This document shows positions 9,966 to 19,610 of a stretch of 64,000 nt of DNA, in pieces. How positions within the stretch are numbered: position 1 is the stretch's first letter; each line of letters starts with the position of its first letter. The stretch lies in assembly GCA_963733055.1 (NCBI GenBank), contig CAVTBR010000001.1, forward strand, positions 384,001-448,000. The letters are read 5' to 3'. The notes below the pieces were generated by a model. That model did no database searches, was not told the origin of the DNA, and worked only from the letters and a program-made list of their open reading frames with translations. The translations under genes and the position numbers were made by a program. This DNA comes from Candidatus Bathyarchaeota archaeon. Lineage in GTDB: Archaea; Thermoproteota; Bathyarchaeia; 40CM-2-53-6.

Positions 9966-11213
9966 CTATGGCGACAGGCTCGAAAGCGAATATCCATCTG
10001 TTAATTCAGAGTATTTTAGTTGATTTTTGCGGGTTAAGCGATTCAACGCTTCTTCCACTTCTTGGAGTTTGAAGCCCTCGTTGAACACCCGGGCGACAAG
10101 CTCGGATCTTTCGTATGTGAATTCTGGAGTCTGAACGATTTTCAGGATGAACTCCTCGCAAGCCCCCACTCTTTCTTCGTCGAGTTTTGGTTGAGTTGGT
10201 TTGGTGCGTGGTAAGTCAGCTACGAGCGCTCGTCCCGTCATGCCGAACCGTTTGGAGACAAGTTCCGCAAGGAGCTTGCTGCCTCCTCGAAAAGTGAAAA
10301 CTGTCTTCGGCCGAGCTTCTTTCACGAAGCGAAGCAACTGCTCTAGATCAGCTTGCTCACTTAGAACGAAGACCCTGCCCGCCGCCCTCTCAGCCGCGGT
10401 TGGCCAGCCAGTTACATGAGCAATCCTGAACTCCCCATATCGACTAGCATCGAATCGCTTGGGGATTATCACCACGCACTTCGCCTCTCCCATCAGAGAC
10501 TGAGCCTCTTCAGTTCCCGCATCCACAAATTGTAACCCTACGCCGTTGTTGGCGTAGACTTGGTTGATTCGGGCTATTTGCGGGTGGACTATCACGGATA
10601 GCTCGGTCCAAGTGTTGAAAACCTTGACCAGTTCTTGCGCGTTGCCGATGGGGTCCGTAGCAAATGTTGGGACTCTATGCTCACCGACGCATTCCAACGC
10701 CCATTTGACGATGTCGGCGATGACTGATTCACGGGGTGGAAGGCTTTGGGACGAGGCTGGGAACGCCGCTTCAAGGATTAGGGTGTCGCACGGTGCTACC
10801 TCAGCCGCTTTGGAGGTCAGTGTGTCGGTGAAGTTGATGTGGCTAGCATAAACCACGTTCTCATCTTGCGTTATGATTTCATATTGAACCGACCCAAGCA
10901 CATGCCCCGCATCATGCGCCTCAACTTCAACTTCCCCTAACCTGAGGCGTCGGCCAACCCGGATCGGTTCCCAATTGCCCGTCTCCCGACGCGTGTCGGC
11001 TTCGTAGAGTTCGTTGGTTTCTTTAGTCGAGTATTTCTTTTGGATTGGAAACTGGAATCCTTTTGAATGGTCGTAATGCGCGTGGGTGATGAATAGGTTG
11101 GGAATCGTAGGGTCGTTGTCCAGCGGATCTAGGAGTAAGCTAGTTTCGCCGCATCGAATGGCTACCCCGTTTGACCATCGAATCAGAGGTTTCAGTTCGC
11201 AGTCCCAAGCCAA
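9966..11213 (-). CDS. MBL-fold beta-CASP-like hydrolase with C-terminal winged-helix-like extension
   Basis: THAHYDH, AGHVLGS; start probably TTG 11213 (the track start at 11342 overlaps trxB). Confidence 0.8.
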   Translation of the reverse strand: MAWDCELKPLIRWSNGVAIRCGETSLLLDPLDNDPTIPNLFITHAHYDHSKGFQFPIQKKYSTKETNELYEADTRRETGNWEPIRVGRRLRLGEVEVEAHDAGHVLGSVQYEIITQDENVVYASHINFTDTLTSKAAEVAPCDTLILEAAFPASSQSLPPRESVIADIVKWALECVGEHRVPTFATDPIGNAQELVKVFNTWTELSVIVHPQIARINQVYANNGVGLQFVDAGTEEAQSLMGEAKCVVIIPKRFDASRYGEFRIAHVTGWPTAAERAAGRVFVLSEQADLEQLLRFVKEARPKTVFTFRGGSKLLAELVSKRFGMTGRALVADLPRTKPTQPKLDEERVGACEEFILKIVQTPEFTYERSELVARVFNEGFKLQEVEEALNRLTRKNQLKYSELTDGYSLSSLSP

Positions 11214-11259
11214 CTCAGGGCGCGGGTTGAAAACCGCACCGGTCCGTAACGGAATTGCT

Positions 11260-12207
11260 TTACTTTTCCAGTGCAGCCACTGTGACTTCTTTCTGTTCTT
11301 CGAGATACGCGAGCGCGTCCAAGGCGGCTTTGCACCCATCACCAGCAGCCGTCACCGCCTGCCGGTACCTGTAATCATGGACGTCTCCCGCCACGAATAC
11401 GCCTTCAACGGAGGCCTTCGTCCCGTGCTCGGCGAGAACGTACCCTTTCTCATCCATTTTGATTTGGCGTGCAAATATCTTCGTGTTTGGCTCGAACCCT
11501 ATGGCTACGAATACGCCGTCACACGCTAGAATAGACCGTTCACCGGTCTTGAGGTTCCTCACCTTCACACCTTCAACCATCTTATCCCCCAGAATCTCGT
11601 CGACCACCGAATCCCAAACAGGCTTGATCTTCGTGTTGGACAGGACTCTGCTTTGCATTATCTTGCTGGCACGTAACTCATCTCGCCTGTGAACGACGAC
11701 AACCTCAGTCGCGTACTTCGTCAAATGGAGAGCCTCCTCCGCCGCAGTGTCTCCGCCACCGATAACAACAACACGTTTACCCCGAAAGAAGTAGCCATCA
11801 CAAGTTGCGCAGCTCGAAACGCCACGTCCACGTAACTTAGATTCTGAAGGTATACCGAGCCATTTTGCGGAAGACCCGGTCGCTATTATGACCGATTTCG
11901 AAGTATGAACGTCGCTACCAACCGTGACTTCGAGCGGGTTGCGAGAAAAGTCAACTGATACGACGTCATCGTCGATGATTTGGGCGCCAAACCGTTCAGC
12001 CTGCTTTCTCATCTCCTGCATAAGTTGGGGACCTTGAACTGCTTCCGAGAAACCTGGAAAATTCTCTACGCCGCTTGTTAGCATGAGCTGTCCGCCCGAT
12101 AACCTGCCGCCGACGACGAGGGTTTTCACCAAAGCGCGGCCGGCGTAGATTGCGGCGGTGAGACCTGCCGGCCCTGAACCAATCACGATAACGTCGAACT
12201 CTGCCAT
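11260..12207 (-). CDS. trxB: Thioredoxin reductase
   Basis: GSGPAG, GVSSCATCDG, GGGDTA, GDV...RQAVTAAGDG. Confidence 0.96.
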   Translation of the reverse strand: MAEFDVIVIGSGPAGLTAAIYAGRALVKTLVVGGRLSGGQLMLTSGVENFPGFSEAVQGPQLMQEMRKQAERFGAQIIDDDVVSVDFSRNPLEVTVGSDVHTSKSVIIATGSSAKWLGIPSESKLRGRGVSSCATCDGYFFRGKRVVVIGGGDTAAEEALHLTKYATEVVVVHRRDELRASKIMQSRVLSNTKIKPVWDSVVDEILGDKMVEGVKVRNLKTGERSILACDGVFVAIGFEPNTKIFARQIKMDEKGYVLAEHGTKASVEGVFVAGDVHDYRYRQAVTAAGDGCKAALDALAYLEEQKEVTVAALEK

Positions 12208-12301
12208 GCTGCCTCAAACCTTCCAGTTCGACTAACGAATTATAAGTTGAACCTTTAATCTATCGAACAAATTTCTGAAGTAATTTTCCGGTGGTTTGTA
12301 T

Positions 12302-12796
12302 CTAGGCTTCTTTCGTGTATTCGTCTTGGTTAGTGGTTTGCATGGGTTTGCCGAGGTATATGACAATAGTATTAGACAGTTTGTTGAAGAGCCTCTGCCT
12401 TGATCTCCGGCATGGCCGATAGATCCATCCAATTAGACAATCCAGAGGGAGCAGCATGGATTTTCCGATGCTCTGGATTGCCGAAGCACGTAGGCTTGCG
12501 TTTTTCCCTTCAGGATTTGTTAGGCGGAGATTGAGTAGCAGCTGCCCGATTGATCTCCCGAAGTACCATTCTGAGAACGTCCAGTACAGAAAGAAGATGA
12601 ATATCGATAACGGGGACCATATGGATACGTCGAACCCGGGAAACCGGGGGAGAAGGAAGGAGGGTAGGAGTTTAGTTTCTAGATCCTCGAGGCGAAAGTA
12701 CGCGAGCATTATGTTGATGATTAGGTAGTCGATCATCCAGGCGATGAAGCGTCTTCCCCAGTTCGCAAGAACGACGGGTTCTGCTTGAAGTTTCAC
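12302..12796 (-). CDS. RDD family membrane protein
   Basis: RRFIAWMID N-terminal motif, TM segments, QRLFNKLSNTIV C-terminus. Confidence 0.8.
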   Translation of the reverse strand: MKLQAEPVVLANWGRRFIAWMIDYLIINIMLAYFRLEDLETKLLPSFLLPRFPGFDVSIWSPLSIFIFFLYWTFSEWYFGRSIGQLLLNLRLTNPEGKNASLRASAIQSIGKSMLLPLDCLIGWIYRPCRRSRQRLFNKLSNTIVIYLGKPMQTTNQDEYTKEA

Positions 12797-12828
12797 GTTG
12801 CAGAACCTAGTCTCAGATTATGGAGTAA

Positions 12829-13899
12829 TTATTTTCGCCGTTTGGTCGGGCGCCCGCCCATCACCATGGCCATGACCGCTTTCTGGACATGCAAACGGTT
12901 TTCCGCTTCTTCGAAGTACAGTGAATACTTCATGTTGTCGATTACGTCGTCGGTGACCTCTTGTCCCCGGTCCGCGGGTCCGCAGTGCATGTACTTGCCT
13001 TTGTTTGTGAGGTCCATCATTTCTTGTGTGCATATCCAGTCCTTGAACTTGTCCTGGTAGCCTGTGGCCCCGTCCTTGTCGACTGTGGCGTTGTGAGGTG
13101 GAACGTAGTTCTTCGGAGACCAAGCCTTGGGATAGACAACATCCGCGCCCTCGAAAGCTTCCTTCATGTCGTTCACGACGCGGAAGCCACCGCCGTAGCG
13201 GTCGGCGTTCGCCTTGCAAGCCTGGGTTACTACGTCTTCTAGTTCGAAGCCTGAGGGATGTGCTAGGATGACGTCCATTCCCATCTGTGTTCCGATGAGC
13301 ACTTCGCTTTGAGGAACGGCGAGAGGTTTGAGTCCTCCCGAGTACGCGTAGGATACGACCAGTTTCTTCCCTTTGAGTTTGGGAATTGCCTGCCTCATCG
13401 CTTGTGCATCTGCTAGAGCTTGAAAGGGGTGGTACATGTCGTCCTCCATGTTTAGGACGGGGATGGTGGCGTGTTTGGCGAACTCCTGAACGACCTTGTG
13501 GCCTCTTCCAATAATCCACTTAGCCGCGTCGCCGTAGATTCGTATCGCAATCGCGTCCCCATACCGGCTTAGCACCCGGGCAACGTCGGAGATCGCTTCG
13601 GTTTGGTAAGCAACCATATCCTCTGGCAATGCCGGTGTGTAAACGTCTTGCGGGCTTAGGAAGTGGGCGTGTCCGTCGAGCTGGTACATACCCGCCTCGA
13701 ACGAGTTTCTTGTTCTGAGGGATCGGTTGTAGAACATCATGAATAGCGTCTTACCGGGCAGGTACGCGTGCTTCTTGCGTGCCCGGAAGAGTCTTCTCAG
13801 CTCGTCGGCCGCGTCAAGGATCTTCTTGACTTCCTCCTGCGAGAAATCGTTCGTGTCAAGGAAGTCTTTGCCACTCCATAACCCTACGAATGAAACCAA
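12829..13899 (-). CDS. Carbamoyltransferase, OTCase superfamily, YgeW/AOTCase-like
   Basis: SLRT, HPFQALAD, YAYSGGLKPLAVPQS, YPKAW, YMHCGPAD, EAENRLH. Confidence 0.88.
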   Translation of the reverse strand: MVSFVGLWSGKDFLDTNDFSQEEVKKILDAADELRRLFRARKKHAYLPGKTLFMMFYNRSLRTRNSFEAGMYQLDGHAHFLSPQDVYTPALPEDMVAYQTEAISDVARVLSRYGDAIAIRIYGDAAKWIIGRGHKVVQEFAKHATIPVLNMEDDMYHPFQALADAQAMRQAIPKLKGKKLVVSYAYSGGLKPLAVPQSEVLIGTQMGMDVILAHPSGFELEDVVTQACKANADRYGGGFRVVNDMKEAFEGADVVYPKAWSPKNYVPPHNATVDKDGATGYQDKFKDWICTQEMMDLTNKGKYMHCGPADRGQEVTDDVIDNMKYSLYFEEAENRLHVQKAVMAMVMGGRPTKRRK

Positions 13900-13937
13900 A
13901 CTTAGTACCTCGAACCCAGTCGGTTCGTGGATTCGAC

Positions 13938-14891
13938 TTAAACTTTTGGCACGGTTATCTGCGTTCCCGTCTTACCGTCTAATGCTTCGATCAGATCTCC
14001 GAGGGATGCGATTACCGCGCGTTCGCCTCCGCTTTCAACAAACCGGATCGCGGCTTCAATTTTCGGTGCCATGCTTCCTTCTTTGAATTGTCCTTCCTTC
14101 GCGTAGTTTCTCAATTTACCGGTTGTGATTTCTTTTATCTTTTCTTGGTTGGGTTTGCCGTAGTTGACGTAGGCTGCATCGACGTCGGTTAGGACAACGA
14201 ATATGTTGGCCCCGATGAGTGTGGCTAGTCTTTGGCCGGCGAGGTCTTTGTCGATAACTGCTTCAACCCCAACCGCGTGGCCGTTCTCCTCGATTATTGG
14301 TATCCCTCCTCCTCCGCATGCAACAACTATGAAGCCCGCGTCGATCAGAGCCCTTATCGCGGTGCGTTCGGCTATAATCTTAGGGTCGGGGGAAGGTACT
14401 ACTCGCCTATAGCCGCGGCCGGCGTCTTCTTTGATGACTACTTCGGGTTTCTGTTCTCGCACCGTATCCGCCTCTTCCTTCGTGTAGAACGGCCCTATGG
14501 GTTTGGTTGGGTTTTGAAAGGCTGAGTCGTGTTTGTCGACGATAACTCGTGTTATGATCGTTACGACGAACTTGTCCATTCCGCGTGACTTCAGTTCGTT
14601 TCTGAGCGCCTGTTGGATCATGTATCCGATGAAGCCCTGCGTTTCCGCGCCGCACGCGTCGAGCGGGAATGGGGGGACGATGGTCTTCGCGGCATCGTGC
14701 CTGAGGAGGGTTGCGCCGACCTGTGGCCCATTGCCATGGGTTAACACGATCTTATGTCCGCGTTCGATTAAGTCCGCGACCTTCGCCACCGTCGCTTTGA
14801 CGTTCTGGTATTGATCGTCGAAAGTTCCTTTCTGGCCTCGCTTGAGTAGAGCGTTTCCCCCAAGCGCAATCACGATAAGCTTCTCAGTCAA
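13938..14891 (-). CDS. arcC: Carbamate kinase
   Basis: ALGGNAL, HGNGPQVG, NPTKPIGPFY, RRVVPSP, GVEAVIDKD, GSMAPKIEA; TTG start 14891. Confidence 0.96.
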   Translation of the reverse strand: MTEKLIVIALGGNALLKRGQKGTFDDQYQNVKATVAKVADLIERGHKIVLTHGNGPQVGATLLRHDAAKTIVPPFPLDACGAETQGFIGYMIQQALRNELKSRGMDKFVVTIITRVIVDKHDSAFQNPTKPIGPFYTKEEADTVREQKPEVVIKEDAGRGYRRVVPSPDPKIIAERTAIRALIDAGFIVVACGGGGIPIIEENGHAVGVEAVIDKDLAGQRLATLIGANIFVVLTDVDAAYVNYGKPNQEKIKEITTGKLRNYAKEGQFKEGSMAPKIEAAIRFVESGGERAVIASLGDLIEALDGKTGTQITVPKV

Positions 14892-15035
14892 ACCTGAAAC
14901 ACTTCGCATAGATCGAAGCAACGAAATGCGGCGCTATATCCTTATCAAGTTTCACGACGTTTCCCGATCAGGAACTTCAATTTACCCGGCTATTTACCAG
15001 GCAGCTTGCGATTAACGAGAACGAGGTTAAGTTAG

Positions 15036-16070
15036 GTGGCAAAGGTCGATCTTGCGGGTAAGGATCTTATCACTACTCAAGATTGGTCTCTTGAAGAACT
15101 AGATGCTACGCTCAGGCTGGCAAGAGACCTTAAGCTGAAATATCATCGCGGCCGCGTCCCGTACCTTCTTGCTGACAAGACTTTCTTCATGTTATTCTAC
15201 GCGCCGTCGACTCGGACGAGGGCTGCGTTTGAAGCTGGGATGACTTACCTCGGGGGCCACGGGCAATACATTGACGTCTCCACAACCCGCTTAGGGTCGG
15301 GGGAGGCGGCGAAGGATGTTGCTAAGATGTATGATTTGTACGGGCAAGGCCTCGGCGTCCGGATTTTGGATTCAGCGATTGATTACGTGTATGGGGCGGG
15401 GGTGTCTGTTGTGCGAGAGTATGCGAAGCATGCGGAGATTCCCGTCATAAACATGGCTTGCTGCACATACCACCCGACCCAAGGCCTGGCAGACCTGATG
15501 ACCGTTCAGGAAGGGTTGGGGAGGGTGAGGAGGAAGAAGTATGTGATTATGTGGGCTTACGCGAAAAGCTTCCGAGGCAGATGCAGCATTCAGGAGGAAG
15601 CTTTGCTGATGCCACGTTTCGGGATGGATGTTGTGCTCGCTTATCCACCTGGATTCGAGATTGATTCAAAGATTGTTGAGGAAGCGAAATCGAACGCGCA
15701 AGCGTCTGGTGGAGAATTCCAAGTGAGTAACGATCTGAACTCGGCTTTGGAGGGGGCACATGGAGTGTTTCCGAGAAACTGGGCTTCCAACGAATTACTC
15801 AGAGTGGGGGCTAGCAAGTTCGGGAAAGAGCGGGAGTCTGAGTTGCATGAGAAGTATCGCGATTGGACACTAACTCAAGGACTGCTGGATAAGATGGACA
15901 AGAAAGCCATCGTCACACACGTACTACCCGTGCTTAGAGGCGAGGAGGCCACGGACGAGGTTATGGATGGACCCCACTCAATGATTTATCCGCAGGCGGA
16001 GAATGGAATGTTCACGAAGATGGCCGTTCTCGCTTTGACAATGGGTGGGAAGAGGAAGCGGACGCGGTAG
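15036..16070 (+). CDS. Second, divergent carbamoyltransferase (YgeW-like)
   Basis: PSTRTR, HPTQGLAD, MWAYAKS, FPRNW, THVLP, QAENG. Confidence 0.85.
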   Translation: MAKVDLAGKDLITTQDWSLEELDATLRLARDLKLKYHRGRVPYLLADKTFFMLFYAPSTRTRAAFEAGMTYLGGHGQYIDVSTTRLGSGEAAKDVAKMYDLYGQGLGVRILDSAIDYVYGAGVSVVREYAKHAEIPVINMACCTYHPTQGLADLMTVQEGLGRVRRKKYVIMWAYAKSFRGRCSIQEEALLMPRFGMDVVLAYPPGFEIDSKIVEEAKSNAQASGGEFQVSNDLNSALEGAHGVFPRNWASNELLRVGASKFGKERESELHEKYRDWTLTQGLLDKMDKKAIVTHVLPVLRGEEATDEVMDGPHSMIYPQAENGMFTKMAVLALTMGGKRKRTR

Positions 16071-16092
16071 AACCGGTCTCGTTGATACCATC

Positions 16093-16935
16093 CTAGATTC
16101 TAGGCGGTCCCTTGCGGATCCGACTCACGAGCTCTTGTTTTGAGTTGCGCCAATCGCGCAAGTCCTGCATCCACCACGTGGCGCCCGCCGCGGCATACGC
16201 GCGCAGTACCTCGTTATCTTCTACCTGACAATCTGCACCTGACGTCGCAACAACGTCAAAGGGAATTTTGTGCACTCTATGTCTTCCAATGAACGAGAGC
16301 ACCTCCCGGATTTCATCCGGGCCCAACTTACTGCCTCGTGTTAAACCTAGGGGGAAGACGCCCTCCCATCTGGCGGCGCGAAGGATTGGTTTCCTTTTCG
16401 GCCACCTGCCAGCTACCCAAATGGGAATTCGCGGCGATTGGAGAGGTCTTGGTAGGAATTGCACGTTTCGCAGTTCGTAGTGTTTTCCGAGGTAGTTGAA
16501 TGGTTGACCGCTCCATAACCCTACCAGTACCTCCAAGCCTTCGTCCAGTTTCTCGGCGCGTATTCTGTCGTCGCCGTTTTCGCCGAGAGAAGTGAAGTCT
16601 AGTTCGGCGGGATCGCCTAGTCCGACACCGAGTGTTAGCCTGCCGTTGGATAGGTGGTCGATTGAGACGGTCTCCCTTGCGAGCGTCCACGGCCGACGGC
16701 GGGCGACCGGTGTAACCAGCGGCCCGATCCGCATTTGCTTAGTATTGATTGCAATGGCTGCTAGAGCAACCCAAGGGTCCGTTAAGGGTACGTGCTCGTC
16801 CTGGCTGTAGTGAATGTGGTCGAAGATGAAGAAGCCATCCCAGCCAGAGTTTTCGGCTTCGACGGCTAGTTCGGTTAGTTCTCTGGGAGACCCGCAGCAG
16901 TTACCGAAATTTGGAACGGTAAGCCCGAAACGCAA
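16093..16935 (-). CDS. LLM-class flavin/F420-dependent oxidoreductase
   Basis: AENSGWDGFFIFDH, DPWVALAAIA, LSNGRLTLGVGLG, PIWVAG. Confidence 0.9.
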   Translation of the reverse strand: MRFGLTVPNFGNCCGSPRELTELAVEAENSGWDGFFIFDHIHYSQDEHVPLTDPWVALAAIAINTKQMRIGPLVTPVARRRPWTLARETVSIDHLSNGRLTLGVGLGDPAELDFTSLGENGDDRIRAEKLDEGLEVLVGLWSGQPFNYLGKHYELRNVQFLPRPLQSPRIPIWVAGRWPKRKPILRAARWEGVFPLGLTRGSKLGPDEIREVLSFIGRHRVHKIPFDVVATSGADCQVEDNEVLRAYAAAGATWWMQDLRDWRNSKQELVSRIRKGPPRI

Positions 16936-16958
16936 ACTCCAAACTTACCCGATTTCTG

Positions 16959-17282
16959 TTAGGAATATTCGCGCCATGTCCATCCGCATTTCGTGCATTT
17001 GAAGAACTGGGTTGAGGCTTCGTCGCCTCCGCGGGTTTGTACCATCCAGTAGAATGCTTCGCCGTGCCGGCATTTTTGGCAGATGACTTTCATTTTGGGC
17101 AGGGTTTGCAGATTCTTCTCATCCTTCCCGATTACGACGATGGCTTCCTTTGGTTTTTCGAGTTTCTGTACTACCGGTGCCGCACGTCTGGTTTCTTCTC
17201 CGCATTTGGGGCATGCGAGGACGACGAGCTTATCCTTCTTGGTTGGGATGAGTGCGAGGCTACATTTGGAGCAGAACTGCAT
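16959..17282 (-). CDS. tfs: Transcription factor S (TFS)
   Basis: Two Zn ribbons and QTRGGDE acidic hairpin, CTKCGWTWRE. Confidence 0.93.
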   Translation of the reverse strand: MQFCSKCSLALIPTKKDKLVVLACPKCGEETRRAAPVVQKLEKPKEAIVVIGKDEKNLQTLPKMKVICQKCRHGEAFYWMVQTRGGDEASTQFFKCTKCGWTWREYS

Positions 17283-17576
17283 GTTTGGTTACGACCGAAT
17301 TGCGGGCGTGCAACAATATACGCATTTAATCCTTACCTTCACAGGGAACCCTGCCTGAAACCTGGGGTTGAGGCATGTTTGGCCTCTTTCCTGGTCTTCC
17401 ATGCTGATTTGTCTCTGGGTGGGGGCGGAATTGGTTTTTATGGTAGGCTGCGTAGGGGGCTGGTGGTATACTGGAGATCTTACCTGCGTGGATGGGAGGA
17501 CCGTCAAGGTCATACCGATTACCGCTGCGAGTATTATCTTTCGTATAACTAAGAAAATGGGACGGTGGAAAACGAA

Positions 17577-17729
17577 ATGGGTTATGACAATAGAAGTGAT
17601 CGTGCTCCGAGAGTAATGACTGACGTCAAATGCTCCGAATGCGGCGCCGATACACAAGTACCGTTTGTGCCAACATCTGGTAAACCAGTCTACTGTAGAG
17701 ACTGTTACCAGAAGCACCGAAGATACTAG
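17577..17729 (+). CDS. CxxC-x17-CxxC domain protein, 50 aa (not in ORF track)
   Basis: Hand translation MGYDNRSDRAPRVMTDVKCSECGADTQVPFVPTSGKPVYCRDCYQKHRRY* fits the family signature (VPF.P..G.PVYC..C). Confidence 0.9.
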   Translation: MGYDNRSDRAPRVMTDVKCSECGADTQVPFVPTSGKPVYCRDCYQKHRRY

Positions 17730-17815
17730 GCGAATAGCTTAGGAACGGTTGCGACGATAATTCCCGGTTTTTTCATTAAACTTCCGCGTGTACGTGCCCT
17801 CACGGGCTGAGGGGA

Positions 17816-17929
17816 TTAGACTTTGGGGCAGTTCTTCTTGTGTAGGGGGAAGATTTCTGGACTGTTCGTCTCGAAACCACACTTGTCGCACACGAATCGT
17901 TGTCCTTCTTTCTCGAATCTTGGGATCAT
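17816..17929 (-). CDS. 37-aa C2H2-type (C2HC) zinc-finger microprotein (not in ORF track)
   Basis: Hand translation MIPRFEKEGQRFVCDKCGFETNSPEIFPLHKKNCPKV*; F-x-C-x2-C-x12-H-x3-C spacing. Confidence 0.65.
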   Translation of the reverse strand: MIPRFEKEGQRFVCDKCGFETNSPEIFPLHKKNCPKV

Positions 17930-18221
17930 GGGTAAACAACTCTGTGAGTGATGAACGGTCAAGGCTTTATCCGTTCCCTATTTCGACCTCGGGAGGTTAC
18001 GGAACCGCAAGGAAGCTCGGATGACTATTTCCAATGTGTGGCGGTTTCTGCCTGCGACCCCTGGGGGGGCATAGTTTTCTATGGCACGTGGGATTTGGTG
18101 GGCGGGTTAGTCCAGTTGGCGGCTTGACGTTTGTTGGGTTAGGGTTGTTATTAGCGTCCGGTGGAGTGTTACCCGGTTTTGCTGCCCGGTTAGGATGTAC
18201 TGTTGCGTGGATTTTCAGGAA

Positions 18222-18812
18222 TCATGATCGAGGTGAATTCGTCCTTCTTCTCTCTTTCACGATCTCGAGTATCTTCCTAAATTGGTCGGTTCCCGCTTTC
18301 TCCGTCAACTCATAGATGACTGCCTCAGTGGTCCCCACCATAGCCCCGGCCCCACGCATCCTCTCTACCGCTGCCTCCCTGTCGACCGGTGCGTGCGATG
18401 AGGTACCGTCTCTCACAAGCAGAACATGGTAACCGTGTGTTAGCAGGTCGAGAACGGTTTGGAGCACGCAGATATGAGTCTCGATACCACACGCGATAAC
18501 CGTCTTCTTGCCCACTTCTTGGAGCTTCCTCATGAACACGGAGTCACCGCAACTGCTGAAGCTGAGCTTCTGAAACTTGGGAGAGTCAGATAACAGGTCT
18601 CTGAGCTCTGGAACAATCTCCCCCAAGTTTTGCTGTTGCGTTGCTATGACGGGCATACCCAGAACACGAGCGGTTCGAATCAGCGCTTTGATGTTCACCA
18701 CAGTCGGTTCGTGCTCAGCAATGGTATCTATGATGCGATCTTGCACATCAGTTACTAGGAGAACACAATCACCTAGTCTAACTTTCACATGTTCGGCCTC
18801 CATGCTTGCCAC
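18222..18812 (-). CDS. Isochorismatase-family cysteine hydrolase, copy 1
   Basis: DVQ, KLSFS, GIETHICVLQT triad motifs. Confidence 0.9.
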   Translation of the reverse strand: MASMEAEHVKVRLGDCVLLVTDVQDRIIDTIAEHEPTVVNIKALIRTARVLGMPVIATQQQNLGEIVPELRDLLSDSPKFQKLSFSSCGDSVFMRKLQEVGKKTVIACGIETHICVLQTVLDLLTHGYHVLLVRDGTSSHAPVDREAAVERMRGAGAMVGTTEAVIYELTEKAGTDQFRKILEIVKERRRTNSPRS

Positions 18813-18816
18813 ATTA

Positions 18817-19182
18817 TTAGGGTCCCCATTCCTCTAGGACGAGTTGCTTAAGTTCTGAAAGAAACAGACCCAAAACTGCTCCCGCAAGCACCTCCGCCTC
18901 CGTGTTTCTGTTCTCCTCAAATGCGAGCCAAGTAATCGGCATCAAAACCAAACCAAGCACAAAGTGATGGACGTGAATCCGATCATGCCTCACGAACAGT
19001 CGAAGATGAAGGAAGTCGGCGAAGAAACGGGCAGCAACGTATGATACAAGTGTTGAGATTGCGAAGCGAAACAGGCTAGGGTGGGATAACTTTCGCCCTT
19101 GGCTATGTTGATTGGTCCCTCGGGACGCGGATCGTGACTCAACATGATCTTCCCCGATGTGTTTCAAACTAGATGACAACAC
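18817..19182 (-). CDS. Small membrane protein with HVHHF motif
   Basis: Three hydrophobic segments, IHVHHFVLG; 4 bp upstream of the hydrolase. Confidence 0.6.
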   Translation of the reverse strand: MLSSSLKHIGEDHVESRSASRGTNQHSQGRKLSHPSLFRFAISTLVSYVAARFFADFLHLRLFVRHDRIHVHHFVLGLVLMPITWLAFEENRNTEAEVLAGAVLGLFLSELKQLVLEEWGP

Positions 19183-19280
19183 CGTTTATGGAACCGTCGA
19201 CCAATCACATAATGATAGCGATGCATGGACACCAAATTTACTGTGGCGTTCTTCGGGTCCGAACCCGGCTCATCGAGCCC

Positions 19281-19610
19281 TCAAGATTCCTGAAGAATGG
19301 GCGGAACCTCCATCCGAAGTATGCTTTCGAGTTCTGGGTCGTCCCGGGTGTACTTGTCGGCGATGTTGAGGGTTCGTATCTTGTCTGGGCTACATTGGAA
19401 ATGTGAGAGTATGAACTCGCGGTAAACTGGTTCCATTACAATGATAAGATCGGCCCAATCGACAAGTTCCTGTGTCAAGAGCCTTCCCCGTGGGTCCGGC
19501 GTGATTCCAGCGGATTTTGCTTCCCAAACCTTCTTCCAACCCTGAAACAGTTCCTCAGCTGTTGGGCTACGCGATACGTTGGCTTTACAAACAAAGAGGA
19601 CTTTCCGCAT
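19281..19610 (-). CDS. Low-molecular-weight protein-tyrosine-phosphatase-like protein
   Basis: VLFVCKANVSRSPTAE (Cx5R), SAG, WADLIIVME. Confidence 0.88.
   Translation of the reverse strand: MRKVLFVCKANVSRSPTAEELFQGWKKVWEAKSAGITPDPRGRLLTQELVDWADLIIVMEPVYREFILSHFQCSPDKIRTLNIADKYTRDDPELESILRMEVPPILQES

Noticed and set aside
9826-10023. 65-aa track ORF
   Set aside because: Overlaps the convergent gene and has no motif; the zinc-ribbon frame at 9836-9952 is better supported.
12818-13519. 233-aa Arg-rich ORF and the many other antisense or alternate-frame ORFs in the track
   Set aside because: They fully overlap well-supported genes and show no motifs; shadow ORFs.
19254-19267. CGGG-TCCGAA-CCCG hairpin resembling a tRNA T-arm
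   Set aside because: No D-arm, anticodon arm or acceptor stem can be built around it.
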